52,142 nt of DNA from Octopus sinensis (GCF_006345805.1 NW_021833974.1:1-52142); one strand, 5' to 3'. Positions 1 to 13,814 are shown, numbered from the stretch's first letter. Notes: a model not told the origin generated them from the letters alone. Made by a program: numbers and translations.

Positions 1-780
1 AACTGACAAAAAATAAATAAAAAGCTAAAGACAATAATTAAAAAATAACAAAAAGAGGAAAACAAAAAAAGACAAAAACAAAAAAAAACATCCAGAAGCA
101 CATATACAAGCAAAAAGAAAATAAAAAAAACAGAAAAAGAAAGAACAGAAAGCCTCCAAAATATAGCCATACCCTGCCAAGAATTGTTCTGCTATAGTTT
201 TATGATAGATCTATGGAAAAGCAGCTATCAACGCTCTCACCTTAATGCGAAGATACAAAGGCATTAAATCCAAAATGAAGTTTAGCATAAAATTACTTCT
301 CGCTTAGGTTGTGAACGTTAGTGTTTTAAAGAGAAGTGAAATGGTAAAGAGCCAAAAATTTACAACACGCGATAGTAATGTGTAACCGAAGAATCTAGGT
401 TTAAGTTACGAATCTTCGTGGGTATTTAGACTATTCTTGCTTGAATTTTTTTTTGTTTTGTTTTGTTTGTTTGTGTGTTTGTTTGCATCTGTTTTCTCTT
501 TATCGAAACATGAATGAAATTAATGTATCGATAATATGAATGAAGATACTAGCTTTTCTTTTCTTCTGGTTTTCAAGTTGTAAATAAAAAAAAAAAGAAT
601 GTTTAAAAGAAAATTCACTTTTTTTAAAGTACCGAACCCCACTACGCTACACACACACACACACACACACACACAAATGCGTGCTCATTAAGGCTCTGTC
701 CCATAAACATATGCAAACAAAATGGTAATAACAACTGGAGTGTTGAGACTATTTTAATTGTGAACTTAAACTTTATTTTT

Positions 781-1371
781 AACTACCCACAAGGGGCTAA
801 ACACAGAGGGGACAAACAAAGACAGACATGGATTAAGTTAATTACATCGACCCCCCAGTGCATAACTGGTACTTAATTTATCGATCCCGAAAGGATGAAA
901 GGCAAAGTCGACCGCGGCGGATTTGAACCCAGAGCGTAATGGCAGACGAAATACCTATTTCTTTACTACCCACAAGTGGCTAAACACAAAGAGGACAAAC
1001 AAGGACAGACAAACGGACTAAGTCGATTATATCGACCCCAGTGCGTAACTGGTACTTATTTAATCGACCCCGAAAGGATGAAAGGAAAAGTCGACCTCGG
1101 CAGAATTTGAACTCAGAACGTAACGGCAGACGAAATACCTATTTCTTTATTACCCACAAGGGGCTAAACATAGAGGGGACAAACAACGACAGACATAGGT
1201 ATTAAGTCGATTACATTGACCCCAGTGCGTAACTGGTACTTAATTTATCGACCCCGAAAGGATGAAAGGCAAAGTCGACCGCGGCGGATTTGAACTCAGA
1301 ATGTAACGGCAGACGAAATACCGCTAAACATTTCTCCCGGCGTGCTAACGTTTCTGCCAGCTCGACGCCTT
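781..1371 (-). mobile_element. tRNA-derived SINE family A: one head with three tandem ~180-bp body units
   Basis: Minus strand has A-box-like TGGCAGAAACGTTAGC, B-box GAGTTCAAAT(T)CC and core GCCTTTCATCCTTTCGGGGTCGATAAA..AGTACCAG, which resembles the Meta/MESC SINE domain (recalled). Units at ~781-957, 958-1139 and 1140-1320. Confidence 0.85.
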
Positions 1372-1767
1372 TTAATTCTGAATTTAAACTAAAAGTTAAA
1401 ACTTGGGTTAAATTAGAGCTGCGAATATAGTATCCCTATACCTACCACTCTACAAGACAATAGCAACAGAAATGACGATGCTTAGAATTTAACTTGCCGC
1501 CATTTTTAACGTGTTCCGCAACACGTTTTCTCTTCTCAGAAAAAATAAATAAAAGTAATAAATAAAAACGGCTACTTTCCAGATACGAACTTATTCTTTT
1601 GTTGAAAAATTGCAGCCGTATTTATTTTTCTAGTTTAACTTTTTTTTCTTTCTTCTAAATGTATTTGCAACATGAAGAACATAATCTTGTGTTGCAAACT
1701 AAAAAATATTTAAAAGCTGCAAATTCATTTTACAGTGCGAATCTTGTGCTAAGAAAGAAATATTAAC

Positions 1768-2017
1768 TCTTTTCTTGTTTCAATCATTTGACTGCGGCCA
1801 TGCTGGAGCACCGCTTTTAGTCGAGCAAATCAACCCCCAAGACTTATTCTTTGTAAGCCTAGTACTTATTCTCTCGGTCTCTTTTGCCGAACCGCTAAGT
1901 AACGGGGACATAAACACACCAGGATCGGTTGTCAAGCGTTGTTGGGGGGGGGAAAAACACAGATATACAAACACACACACACACACACACAACACACATA
2001 TATATATATATTATATA

Positions 2018-2050
<33 letters not shown>

Positions 2051-2211
2051 CGACGGGCTTCTTGAGTTTCCGTCTACAAAATCCACTCATAGGCTATGGT
2101 CTGCCAGAAGCTATAATAGAAGACACTTGCCAAGGTGCCACGCAGTGGGACTGAACCCGGAACCATGTGGTTGGTAAGCAAGCTACTTACCACACAGCCA
2201 CTCCTGCGCCT
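1768..2211 (-). mobile_element. tRNA-derived SINE family B with internal microsatellite
   Basis: Minus strand has A-box TGGCTGTGTGG, B-box GGTTCAGTCCC and CORE-like CCTTGGCAAGTGTCTT, then GAAGCCCGTCG-(AT)n(GT)n and a conserved tail. Other copies at ~2240-2520, 3960-4340, 11515-12030, 23635-23968, 46450-46570 (all -), and 22505-22600, 47757-47945 (+). Confidence 0.87.
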
Positions 2212-2519
2212 ATAGTAAATTAATTAAAAAAATTTTTTTTACTTGTTTCAGTCATCGGTCTGCGGTCATGCTGGAGCACCGTCTTGAAAGGTTTACTAGA
2301 ACGAGTCGACTCCAGTATTTACTCTATCGGGATCTTTTTCTGAACTGCTAATGTTACAGGGACGTAAACAAACCAAGACCGGTTGTCAAGCGGTGGTGGT
2401 GAGCAAACATAGATACACACACACACACGCACACACATGCACGCACACCAACATACACACACACGCATATACACACGCACTTATGTATGACGGGCTTCCA
2501 AGCAGTTTCCTTCTACCAA

Positions 2520-2870
2520 ATTCAATCTCGACAGCTGAACCTGACATCTTTGGAACGTCATTCCATAGATCGATCTGCATGGCTTAAAAAGTGTCACGAC
2601 GCATCCAAACAATTTGAATTGGAGAATAAGACCAACAGAACAACTATATCACGCAACCAACAGACACACTTGCCAGGCAAAAATCAAAAACATCAATGTC
2701 CCCCATTGTGACTTTATAAATACATCCCTGGACCGAAATTACCCTCACACATCCATCGCAAATAGATCCAGCCTCTTAATTTTTATTTTTCTTTCTTTCT
2801 ATTATTCTCTTTAATTTTAAGTTTTCCCAATCAAACACTGATACGTCGAAGCCAGCGAGAGCGACCATCA
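2520..2870 (+). mobile_element. Probable RTE-type LINE 3' fragment
   Basis: LERHSIDRSAWLKKCHDASKQFE followed by HQCPHCDF across a frameshift resembles the DR..W plus terminal Zn-finger end of RTE ORFs. Confidence 0.45.
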
Positions 2871-2920
2871 TATATAATATTATACATGTACATAAATACT
2901 TCTGCATATATATGTGTGTG

Positions 2921-3226
2921 TGTCACCGTGATCACCGTGACCGGCCAGGTTATTAGATGTTGCTACACCTCGCTGGTCACAATGCGCTTCGCATTGTTTT
3001 AACCTTCAAATGACGCCACCCCGCTGGCTAAACGAGCAGGACAACAGAAGAAAGAGTAAGAGAAAGTTGTGGCGAAAGAATACAGCAGGGACCGCCACCC
3101 CCCTTTCCCCTGCCGGAGTCTCGTGTTTTCGCTCAATAAACACTCACAATGCCCGGTCTGGGAATCGAAACTGCGATCCTACAACCGCAAGTCCGCTGCC
3201 CTAACCACTGGGCCATTGCGCTTCCA
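2921..3226 (-). mobile_element. tRNA-derived SINE family C, tail type 1
   Basis: Minus strand has A-box TGGCCCAGTGG and B-box-like GTTTCGATTCCC. Second copy at 4406-4695. Confidence 0.85.
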
Positions 3227-3240
3227 CATATATGTATGTA

Positions 3241-3282
<42 letters not shown>

Positions 3283-3317
3283 CATACACACATACACACA
3301 TATATATATATATACAT

Positions 3318-3348
<31 letters not shown>

Positions 3349-3422
3349 CATACACACACAAATATATATATGTATTATATATATATACAAAAAAAATATA
3401 TATATCATATATATATATATGC

Positions 3423-3463
<41 letters not shown>

Positions 3464-3536
3464 CACACCAACAATATATATATGTATTTATATATATATA
3501 CAAAAAAAATATATATATCATATATATATATAATGC

Positions 3537-3628
<92 letters not shown>

Positions 3629-4405
3629 CATATCGTACATCATATCATACAGTATAAATTACGCTGATGATTCCGGTAAATAACTTCAATATACTGTAGG
3701 GTGAATGTTATTTCAATTTTGCTGTTCGCATTTTTACGTTGAACGGGGCGACGTTTTCGTGATCAATGTTATTTGGTAACTTAGACCCTTCCATCCAAAC
3801 AGAATAGATTTTCCAGCCTACTGAAGACTTTCCGCCACGCCGACGGGTGTAAGCTTCTACTAAACAGGAAATCTTACACGCGTTGAAGAAGAAAGGGTTA
3901 TGTTCACATTACCATTTTTATGGATATAGATCATATAGCTTTTAATCTTTTATTGTTTGGTTGTTTCAGTTATTAGACTGTGACCATACAGAGGCACCAA
4001 CTTGAAGGGATTCTTGTCCAACAAATCAACCCCAGTTCCTATTATTTAATCTGGTACTTATGCTACCGTTTTCCCGGAGTGCTAAGTCACGGAATGTACA
4101 TCAACCAACAACGGTTGTCAAGCAGTAGGAGTCGACAAACACAGACGCAATGACACGCGCATACATAAGTACACGATAGGCTACCACACAGTTTTCCTCT
4201 CCGATGTTCAATCGCAAGGTATTGGTCGGCCAACGGCTATAGTAGAAAACATTTGCCCAAGACACATCGCACAATCGGACTGAACGCGAAACCCCGTCCC
4301 GTCATTGCAAGCCTAACTTCTTAACTATACAGCTATGCCTAAACCTATGTTGATAAATACTTATTCCTATACAGACATAGATGCATATATATATATATAT
4401 ATGTA

Positions 4406-4695
4406 TGACCGACCAGGCTATCAGATGCTGCTACGCATTGCTCGTCATAATGCACTTCGCATTGTTTTAGTCATCAAATGAAGCCACCCCGCTGGCTAAG
4501 CGAGCAGGCCAACAGAAGAAAGAGTGAAAGTTGTAGCAAAAGAATACAGCAGGGATCGCCACCCCCAGCCGGAGTCTCGTGGAACTTTAGGTGTTTTCAC
4601 TCAATAAACACTCACAACGCCCGGTCTGGGAATCGAAACCGCGATCCTACGACCGCGAGTCCGCTTCACTAACCACTGGGCCATTGCGCCTCCAC
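4406..4695 (-). mobile_element. SINE family C, tail type 1
   Basis: Highly similar to 2921-3226. Confidence 0.85.
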
Positions 4696-4709
4696 ACACA
4701 CACACACAC

Positions 4710-4740
<31 letters not shown>

Positions 4741-4948
4741 TACATACATACATACATACATGCATACATACATACATACATACATACATGAATACATACA
4801 TGTTGATGTTGAAATTCCAATGAAGGAGCCTTGGATCTAGGTTAGTAACCGGATCTTTCTCTATTGGCAAGAAATATTGAAATACAACTGAAAAATGGCA
4901 TACATACGTACATACATGCATGCATAATACACACAAATATATATATAT

Positions 4949-4994
<46 letters not shown>

Positions 4995-5041
4995 ATACAG
5001 TCACGCGCACACACATATGTAAAGTTTTCGTGCATGTAAGT

Positions 5042-5089
<48 letters not shown>

Positions 5090-6311
5090 TACATAACAAT
5101 AGTTAAGTTGTACTTGATGCCGCAACCTCTAAACCAAAAAGAACTCAATACAGATTAAGAGTACAGTAAATGTTTTATTGAAGCAACTGGACGATTGAAT
5201 ATATCTCACTGATCTGTGGACTTATGCTCGTTGTGAATCACTGCTCAGTCCGAGGATTCAGAACAAATTAACCTGGTATAGCAAAATATTCGATTATTGT
5301 GCGTGCACAGGAAGGCAAGAAAGACTTGAACATGAGACTGCTTTTCTGGTTCACTACATAAGTTAGCAAACGGTAGCAATCGGCAAGTAAATAAAAAAGT
5401 TGCCAACAGGTGGAAAGTAGCAATGCAGACATCTCATCAATTTAGCACAAGTGCTCTAGATGTATTAGATTAGCCTATAAACTACAAACCAGTAAATATT
5501 AGCTATATACATACAATTGTCCATAATGCCTACATATACATTGATGCATAGTATATGCAGTAATAAAGAATCCAAACGAGACATGGAAATAATTAACGGA
5601 AAAAGAACTATAAAACGTAGAACACCCTCACGTCAGCCAGGGACGCTAAAACCAACGCAGTTTTGCTACACTTGAAGTCTGAAGAATTAAATTTGACAAG
5701 ACTACTTTTCTGATTGCGCTCGTGGAAGTCAAACATCACTGAGGCGGTAAACATTACAAACAAAAAGACGTAGAACGCAGTGGCAACAAGATACGAGTGA
5801 GAGAGGAAACTAAGGACAAATACGAATAAAGTATTTCCATAAAAGATATATGTATTACATATATGTACGCACACACACGCACGCACGCGCACACATACAC
5901 CCAAACCTACATATATCAACGCATAAAAATGCACACATAAATCTGTATAGATAATATTTTATGCTAATCGCGGAGTGACATCAGCTCTAGATTCTAAAGT
6001 TTCGTTCCAGGGAATTGTAAGACCAAAGATTTCTCATCGAGTTAGATCTGTGTTCTGGGATTAAGCTGTCGGATTCCGAGTCACTAGAATAAATAAAATA
6101 TATTAATACTCTATTTTTTTTTATATACACCGAGTTGTACTGCTCTCGTTTATATTACCTGTATACATATGGAAGTATATATATAACAGAATAAGTACAT
6201 AAATGCGAAACAAGGTGGAAAAAATAGTACTCGAATACCGGAGGTAGAGTGATATGCTTTATTAATAAAACTGCAAACACATCAAATAAAGTGTATAGAC
6301 ATCACACAAAG

Positions 6312-6374
<63 letters not shown>

Positions 6375-6406
6375 GTGTGTGTGTGTGTGTCTTTGTACAT
6401 GCATAC

Positions 6407-6437
<31 letters not shown>

Positions 6438-6559
6438 TATATATACACGTATAGATGTATAAGCACAAAGATGTATAAATATACATAGATACAGATACAT
6501 AAACATCTATACATGTATATATATAAACACTCACATACAAGCACATATTATTCATACTT

Positions 6560-6590
<31 letters not shown>

Positions 6591-6639
6591 ATATATATAT
6601 ACATACAGACATACGTATATCTATATCTATATACATACA

Positions 6640-6673
<34 letters not shown>

Positions 6674-7020
6674 TAATCAGTACGAAAATACAAAAATTTC
6701 ATGAACGTTTTACCTGCTTATGCTAAAACAATATACAATGTGATTCGTTAGAATTTGCTACTCTGGAATAAATATCAAACCTACGACATATTCTGAGTAT
6801 ATTCCCACATTTAAACAACAGAGATATTGGCGTTTGAATCTCCCGTCGACGCCAACAATTCAAACACGGGATCACTATGTTTGTTGTTGTTGAGTTCATT
6901 GCTGTTTAGCCCTAGGTTAGCCCTGATTAAGCAGACCTAAAATGGAAAACATCTCAACCCATGTCCAACCTGTACGATTTTCCTAGCTGCAGGGAACCGA
7001 GGGCCATATTATTCAATATG

Positions 7021-7375
7021 TCCTTTTAAAGATACTAGTAGTGTATGATTTGAGGGTGATTTAGCTGTTATTTTTGTAGATCGATCCCGCAGAGGCTCTT
7101 CCTTTAGCTCGTTATTCCCTTTTTTAAAGACACTACGGGGTTATTTGAGAGAGATTTAGCTACTATTTTTAGCAGATAGACCAACCTCACGGAGGCTCTC
7201 TCGTTAGTTTGTTATTCTCATTTTAAAGATGCTACAGTGTAATTTGAAGGCGAGTCAGCCTCCATTTTTAGCAGATCGATCGACCTCATAGAGTCTCTCA
7301 CGTTGGCACGTTATTCCCTTTTTTTAAGATGTTAAAGTGTAATTTGAGGGAGATTTGGTTACTATTTCTGTCAGG
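7021..7375. repeat. Diverged tandem repeat, 100-bp period, ~3.5 copies
   Basis: TTTTAAAGAT..ATTTGAG(G)G.GATTTAGC..TATTTTTAGCAGAT..GAGGCTCT..GTTATTC recurs at 7021, 7121, 7221 and 7321. Related dispersed sequence at ~6895-6970, 7430-7500 and 47950-48100. Confidence 0.8.
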
Positions 7376-7662
7376 AGGAGAGACAACGCTAACAGTCTTT
7401 TGTTGTTTTCAAAGTTGCTCTTGACGTTGATTAGCCACAGATCAACACTAAGGAAGCAAACTAAAAATCAAGGGCGTTCCAACCGTGATCAACTCGTCTT
7501 TTATTCCAGACGTAATAAATCTAAAGTTAACTTCTCCAAAACATGATATGAGATAACCCGAGCGTCAACATAAGGGACCGAATCCCATTGTAGGTGAGGC
7601 TCAGTTGATCTTTGATCAACAACACTTCAAGTGAACTCATTGCATTTTATTTCTATCTAATC

Positions 7663-8044
7663 CAGTGTTTTCCAACCTATTTTCCCCCAGGCACCACTAT
7701 AACTCTCCCGGAAAATGTACGCCCCACCAGTAGTTGAAAAACCCTAACACTAACTGTATATTTAATATTTCGTAATTATATACCTTCCTTAAAGTAGTAT
7801 GCACACTAGGGCACTAGGATAGCGTTATACTGTAGCAAACAGTCTTCACACATTATGCTTAGCTGGGAAGATTGGTTCGGCTAGACTGAATATAGGTGTC
7901 CGAAGTTTGTTAGGAAAAAAAAAGATTTTCACAATTCCATGTCCCACTAAAAGTAAAAAGAAAAAAAAATTTGGATCCCAAGCCCCACCACAAATTTTCC
8001 CAGGCCTCACCTGCTGGACATGTACCTCACGTTGGGAATAAATG
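7663..8044. mobile_element. Non-autonomous hAT (Charlie-like) MITE
   Basis: Imperfect TIRs CAGTGTTTTCCAAC / GTTGGGAATAAATG (10/14). The 8-bp flanks ATCTAATC / CTCTAATC (7/8) fit a hAT target-site duplication. Confidence 0.6.
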
Positions 8045-8339
8045 CTCTAATCAGTTTATCGGACGAAGCTTTGCATATTAAATTGGACAGTTTATGTTGT
8101 ATATTAAGAATCAGCAGCAAATAGACGAGAGTTGTCTTCCCTTCTCGCCATCGTGAACCAGTCCACGGTTAACGTGATTCGAACTGAGTCGACATGTAAT
8201 GAAGTTAGACTTACTAAAAGAATCATATAAAAGGATATTTTGCCTGTTCCTGACTCTCGGCCAGTCTTATATTTGTAATTATCTTTGCTACAATACAAAT
8301 ATTTCTTTCAAGTGCCCGAGTTGTTCTTATAACTATCTA

Positions 8340-8685
8340 GTCGTGGCCCTCAGTCGGTTACGACGACCACGAGGGTTCCAGTTGATCCGATCAACGGAAG
8401 AGTCTGCTCGTGAAATCAACGTGCAAGTAGCTGAGCACTCCACAGACACGTGTACCCTTAACGTAGTTCTCGGGGAGATTCAGCGTGACTAGGCTGGCCC
8501 TTTGAAATACAGGTACAAGACGAAAGACTGAGAGAGTTATGGTGAAAGAGCACAGCAGGGTTTGCCACCACTCCCTGCCGGAGCTTGGAGGAGTTTTAGG
8601 TGTTTTTGCTCAACGAATTATCACAACGTCCGATCTGGGAATCGAAACCGCGATCCTACGACTGCGAGTCCGCTATCCTAACCAC
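8340..8685 (-). mobile_element. SINE family C head with tail type 2 (Ceph-SINE-like)
   Basis: Same head as 2921-3226 but continues into GAGAACTACGTTAAGGGTACACGTGTCTGTGGAGTGCTCAG, recalled as resembling the Ceph domain. An internally deleted copy lies at ~9225-9500. Confidence 0.75.
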
Positions 8686-9907
8686 TATCTAGTATCTACA
8701 CTATCTAGTATCTGCAAAGTAGCAAAATTACGTATTAAGTAATCAGATGACACTGTAATTAGAATGTCAGATAAAATAGTTTACAGTATTTCCTCCGGCT
8801 CTTAGCGTTCTGAGTTCAAATACTCGTCGAGGTCAAATGTACTTTTTAATCCTTTCCAAGTCAATAATATAATATAAAGTACCACTCAATTACTGGAAGT
8901 ACATTTTTCTGCCTGCCGTCTGCATATCTCTGCCTGCCTATCTGTCTGTCTGCCTGTCTCTCTCTTTTTCTCTTTCTCAGAATTGTCTGATCTCCATCTG
9001 GATATTATCATTCAAATGAAAATATTAATTGGCTAGTCACAAACCCTGAAGACAAAAAAAAAAAAATGGTTTGCGGAAGGGATTAGCTACGAATTTTTTT
9101 AATAATTTTCATTAAAGGAAATGACCAAACCAACAAAAGCTAGCTTGCTGCAGAAAGCATCCAAATAAACTAAAAAGAGAACCTGTATAACCTAGGGACA
9201 GAAATAGAGGGCATGGGTGGATTGGTGTCCAGTTTCGTGGCACTCCGTCGGTTACGACGATGAGGGCTGGCCCTTTGAAATACTGAAAGGCTGGCCCTTT
9301 GAAATACAGGTACAACAGAAACAGGAAAAAAGAGTGCGAGAAAGTTGTGATGAAAGAGTACAGCAGGGTTTGACACCACCCCTTGCCGGGCCCCCGTGGA
9401 ACTTTAGGTGTTTTCGCTCAATAAATACTCACAAAACCCGGTCTGGGAATCGAAACCGCGTTTCTACGACCGCAAATCCGCTGGCCCATTGCGCTTCCAC
9501 AACGTCCGGTTTAGCACGGCATCAACTCATTAGTCCTGATGATCTGATTAGAAAGAAATTTTGGCTGCTATTTTATGCAGGTCAGGTTACATTGTTGTGG
9601 ACCTCTCGTTTGATATATAATCTTTGGCTGTATCTATTTCTTAGCTTCTGAACAATGTTAATGGGGAAGCCGCAAAAATAAGAAATAAAAAAAATACGGA
9701 ATAAGAACAAAATAAAAAAAATATAAAAATAGAATAAAATAAGTTATAATAAAGATGAAACGTTCTATAGATTTCCAAATATTTTCGATATTGAAAAAAA
9801 TACGATGACCTACATAACATAATATATTATTAGTGTGTGTGTGTGTGTACGCGTATATGCTCATACACACACATACATACATACATACACATACATACAT
9901 ACATACA

Positions 9908-9960
<53 letters not shown>

Positions 9961-10954
9961 ACATAGATGTATATAATATATATATGCACATACATATATG
10001 TGTATACACATATATAGGAATACACACACACACACGTATATATATATGTATGTATATATATATATATGTATATATATATATGTACATATATATACATATA
10101 TATATACATATATATGCATACACACATGTACGCATATATACATGATTATAGATGTGTGTATTTCTCTTCATAAAGATGTGTATGTGTGTATGTATGTGAG
10201 TATGTGTCGGTGTTAGTGTGTGCATTCATAAACACGCATACAGATGCGAACACACACATATCTATATATGCATGTGTATACACACACATATTATGATACA
10301 TATACATCTACACTTTTGGTGTATGTTTTTATTAAAAAAACAGTCGAACATGGCGGGATGATATTTTTCTGTTTCACTATCAAGCTTTCTTTTGATGCAG
10401 CTTCAATTACAAACATTAACAAAAGCAAGTATAATGATGATCATGATGATACTAATGGTTTAAAATTTTGACACAAGGCCAGCAGTAGTAATCGATTTCA
10501 TCGACCCCAGTGGTAAATCGATTTCATCGACCCCAGTGTTCAACTGGTACTTAATTTATCGACCCCGAAAAGGATGAAAGGCAAAGTCGACCTCGCGGAA
10601 TTTGAACGTAGCGAAGTGGCGAAATACAGCAAAGCATTTCACCTTACGTGATAACGATTCTGCCAGCTCGCCACTGTGCAAGTGTGAAGGCAGAACATCT
10701 ACAAAAATCAGCATTGCTTGGAACTGCAAGAATTCTTCGTTGGGTTCTTGATGCAAGATCAGTAAACAAGTGTCACCTTAGTGACTGCTAGCTGAGGACA
10801 ACTGACACTTTCCATCATAGCCAGCAAAATAAGCATATGGTTGTGATGCATGTGTCTAGTGTACCCTTATCAGATGGGTAGTCATGATGGGTATACTGGT
10901 CTTCGTATATTTTACCTCAGTGTCACTTTGATGGCATGCACTGCTCTCTCACTC

Positions 10955-10995
<41 letters not shown>

Positions 10996-11514
10996 TAATA
11001 GTTTCAGTTGTTATTATTATTAGTATTGCCTTTCATCCTTTCGGGGTCGATAAATTAGGTAAGTACCAATGAAATACTGGGGTCGATGTAATCGACTAGT
11101 CTCCCTCCCACCCAAATTTCAAGTTCTGTGCCTATACTAGAAAGGATTGTTATTAGTATTGTGACTATTATTGCTGTTAGTTTTCCTGTCCTCCGTAACT
11201 TGTCCTTCATCCTGTTTTGGTAACTCTGTGAGTTAGAGTCATATTTTCCATATTGTGGTTGTACTCTGACCCTGCTGTTGCTGTTGATGTAGTGCTGACA
11301 GCAATTGAGACCCCTTTTCAGCTGATGCATTCTGTTGCTGAAGACAGACGGTCATGAGGTGATCGGTGTTTTCACTGGTTTTTTCCCGACCTCCAGTGCC
11401 ACGGGCAGACACTGCTTTCCAGATATCCGAATTAGGTCAGGGATCTTGGCCAATATCTCGGTTTAATCTTAATCATGATTTCTAACCCTGTTCTTTTTAT
11501 CTTTTAATTCTTTT

Positions 11515-11735
11515 TCTTGTTTCAGTCATTTAACTGCGGCCATGCTGGAGCACCACCTTTTAGTTGAACAAATCGAGCCCAGAACTTACTCGTTGTAAGC
11601 CTAGTACTTATTCTATCGGTCTCTTTTGCTGAATCGCTAATTACGGGAACGTAAACACACCAATATTGGTTGTCAAGCATTGGGGAGGGGGAAAACACAC
11701 ATACACGCACACAAAAATATACATACATACATACA

Positions 11736-11769
<34 letters not shown>

Positions 11770-11831
11770 CATACATACATACATGCATACATACATGCAT
11801 ACATACATACATACATACATACATACATACA

Positions 11832-11863
<32 letters not shown>

Positions 11864-12030
11864 CGACGGGCTTCTTTCAGTTTCCGTCTACCAAATCCAC
11901 TCACCACGCTTTGGTCGGCCCGCGACTATGGTAGAAGACACTTTGCCCAAGGTGTCACGCAGTGGGACTGAACCCGTAACTACGTGGCTGGGAAACAAGC
12001 TTCTTAGCACACAACCACGCCTGCACCTAT
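11515..12030 (-). mobile_element. SINE family B copy with internal (GTAT)n
   Basis: Same head and tail as 1768-2211, but the internal repeat is (CATA)n on the + strand. Confidence 0.85.
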
Positions 12031-12479
12031 GCGAACAAGTTTTTCCTTTCAGAATCGTTTCATTTCTATCATCGTGCTCCCTTCTTCAAATACAGTATAT
12101 TTCACCAACCATCTGAAATCTAGTTCTGGTGGTATTTCGAAATCTTTACCCTGGTCACGTTTCGTCTCTGGTTGGTTGGTATCAACATAAATTCCTCAGC
12201 TCTACGTGGGTCACCGGAATACTTCTTAATCAAGGTTTCCTAATGAAAGATTATTGGTATACACACATATACGACTAACACCGTCACCAGCGTTACTACC
12301 ACCACCACCACCACCACACCACCACCACCACCACCACCACCACCACCACCACCACTACCACCATCAGTGCTACCACCAACACTACTGAGATATTCTCACA
12401 ATAATATTGAGGTCTCTTTCTTTCTTACCGTTTTTGCCAATATATATATGTGTGTGTGTGTGTCCGGTATATAATTTAG

Positions 12480-13700
12480 ATCAGATGCGACTCTGCAATG
12501 GCGCAAGTCACGTGTCAAGAAGATTCCGAATTTTACCAACATGTACCAAACTATTGGATGTAGTTATATCAAGAATTCCTTCCATGCCAACTTGGTATGT
12601 CTCTTGGATCCTAGAACTTATTGCCTTTGCCATGTCAGCCTAGATGTCTCAATTTCAGAAGTGCAAAATTAATGAACAGCGATTTCAATAATACTGCTCT
12701 GCTAAAGATAAGTTTTATGAAGGATATTCAAACGATGGAAATCCCCACCAATGTCTTTGTGTTCCTGTTCGACAAGCATCCGACAGGAAAACTTCCCATC
12801 TCTTTTATACTAGTTGTTGTGAAACTAATAAGTTTTAAGCGGGTGGTAAAGATGTTTTCATGTAGCTAACATCATGTATATTTACCATGAAGGTTTGAAC
12901 CAGTGCACACCCTTATTTTGATCTTGAACTGTTTGTCAACGTGTAAAATGAGGGGTTTTCATTTTTTGCCCAATTCAAAGGCATTGAGTATCTTGAGGTA
13001 CTGACTTGGCAACGTTTATAATTACCGAGGACATGATGGGAATGGTCTAATTCTGCATAAGCTGGATCTCTTTGCAACTCTTACTTCCATTTATTTATTA
13101 TTCCTACATGTATTGTTGTTCCAATATTTAGACGTATTTTCTCTTGAAAAACTACGGTTTCCACACATTATAAGAATGGATCTTATTTCCATAGATAGTT
13201 TAGCTTCTAACACACCGGTTACAAATTATTTTAAGAAGGAAAGGATTTGTAGAATAAAAGGTAATGTACTCTTATATGCAATAATAATTTTCCAAATGAA
13301 ATATAACTATGTTAATATTCATTTAAATCCGTGTATATATCTAACATGCTTGAATTAGATAGGCTCTATGTTATTACTTATATTGGATACATTCAATGTT
13401 ATAATATATGATACCCTGGACCTCTATTACACCTATTCTTACATAAAAGATGACTTTTAAAAGAAATATAATAGCGTTCTCTTAAACCGAATATACCTTT
13501 ATTAGGAATAATTCAGGGTTATTGTTACATTTTAGTCTGGGCAACGTTCTGGTCTGGGAACTTCTGACGTGATAGACATGTTCTAGGCCTACGAATCATT
13601 AAGGAATGTGCAACTGAGTCAAATTATATCAAAGCATTAGTGTATGACTTGATATTTCGAGCATGGAGATCAGTATCATGAAAACTCCTCTTTTTACTGC
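12480..13700 (-). mobile_element. Possible very old non-LTR RT remnant
   Basis: FDSVAHSL at 13600-13623 (minus) resembles the KAFDSV.H motif, with a weak IGV..QG-like motif downstream. Otherwise unreadable. Confidence 0.3.
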
Positions 13701-13759
13701 AGATGTTGCAGTTATTGTTGTTGATTAGTCTCGGACAGTTAAAATTGTTTCACGTTGTC

Positions 13760-13814
<55 letters not shown>

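Noticed and set aside
1-180. A-rich stretch as the minus-strand 3' UTR of a LINE
   Set aside because: It is similar to the T-rich Tx1 UTR in composition only, with no alignable sequence or coding remnant.
781-1320. CRISPR-like or hammerhead-retrozyme reading of the 180-bp tandem
   Set aside because: The units repeat in full with no unique spacers, there is no CUGANGA core, and the context is a eukaryotic SINE.
3150-3226. tRNA-like sequences in SINE heads
   Set aside because: They have A/B boxes but no complete acceptor stem, and they run into SINE bodies, so they are not tRNA genes.
5100-5860. Possible solo LTR
   Set aside because: An AATAAA is present on the minus strand, but no TG..CA ends, TSD or second copy could be identified.
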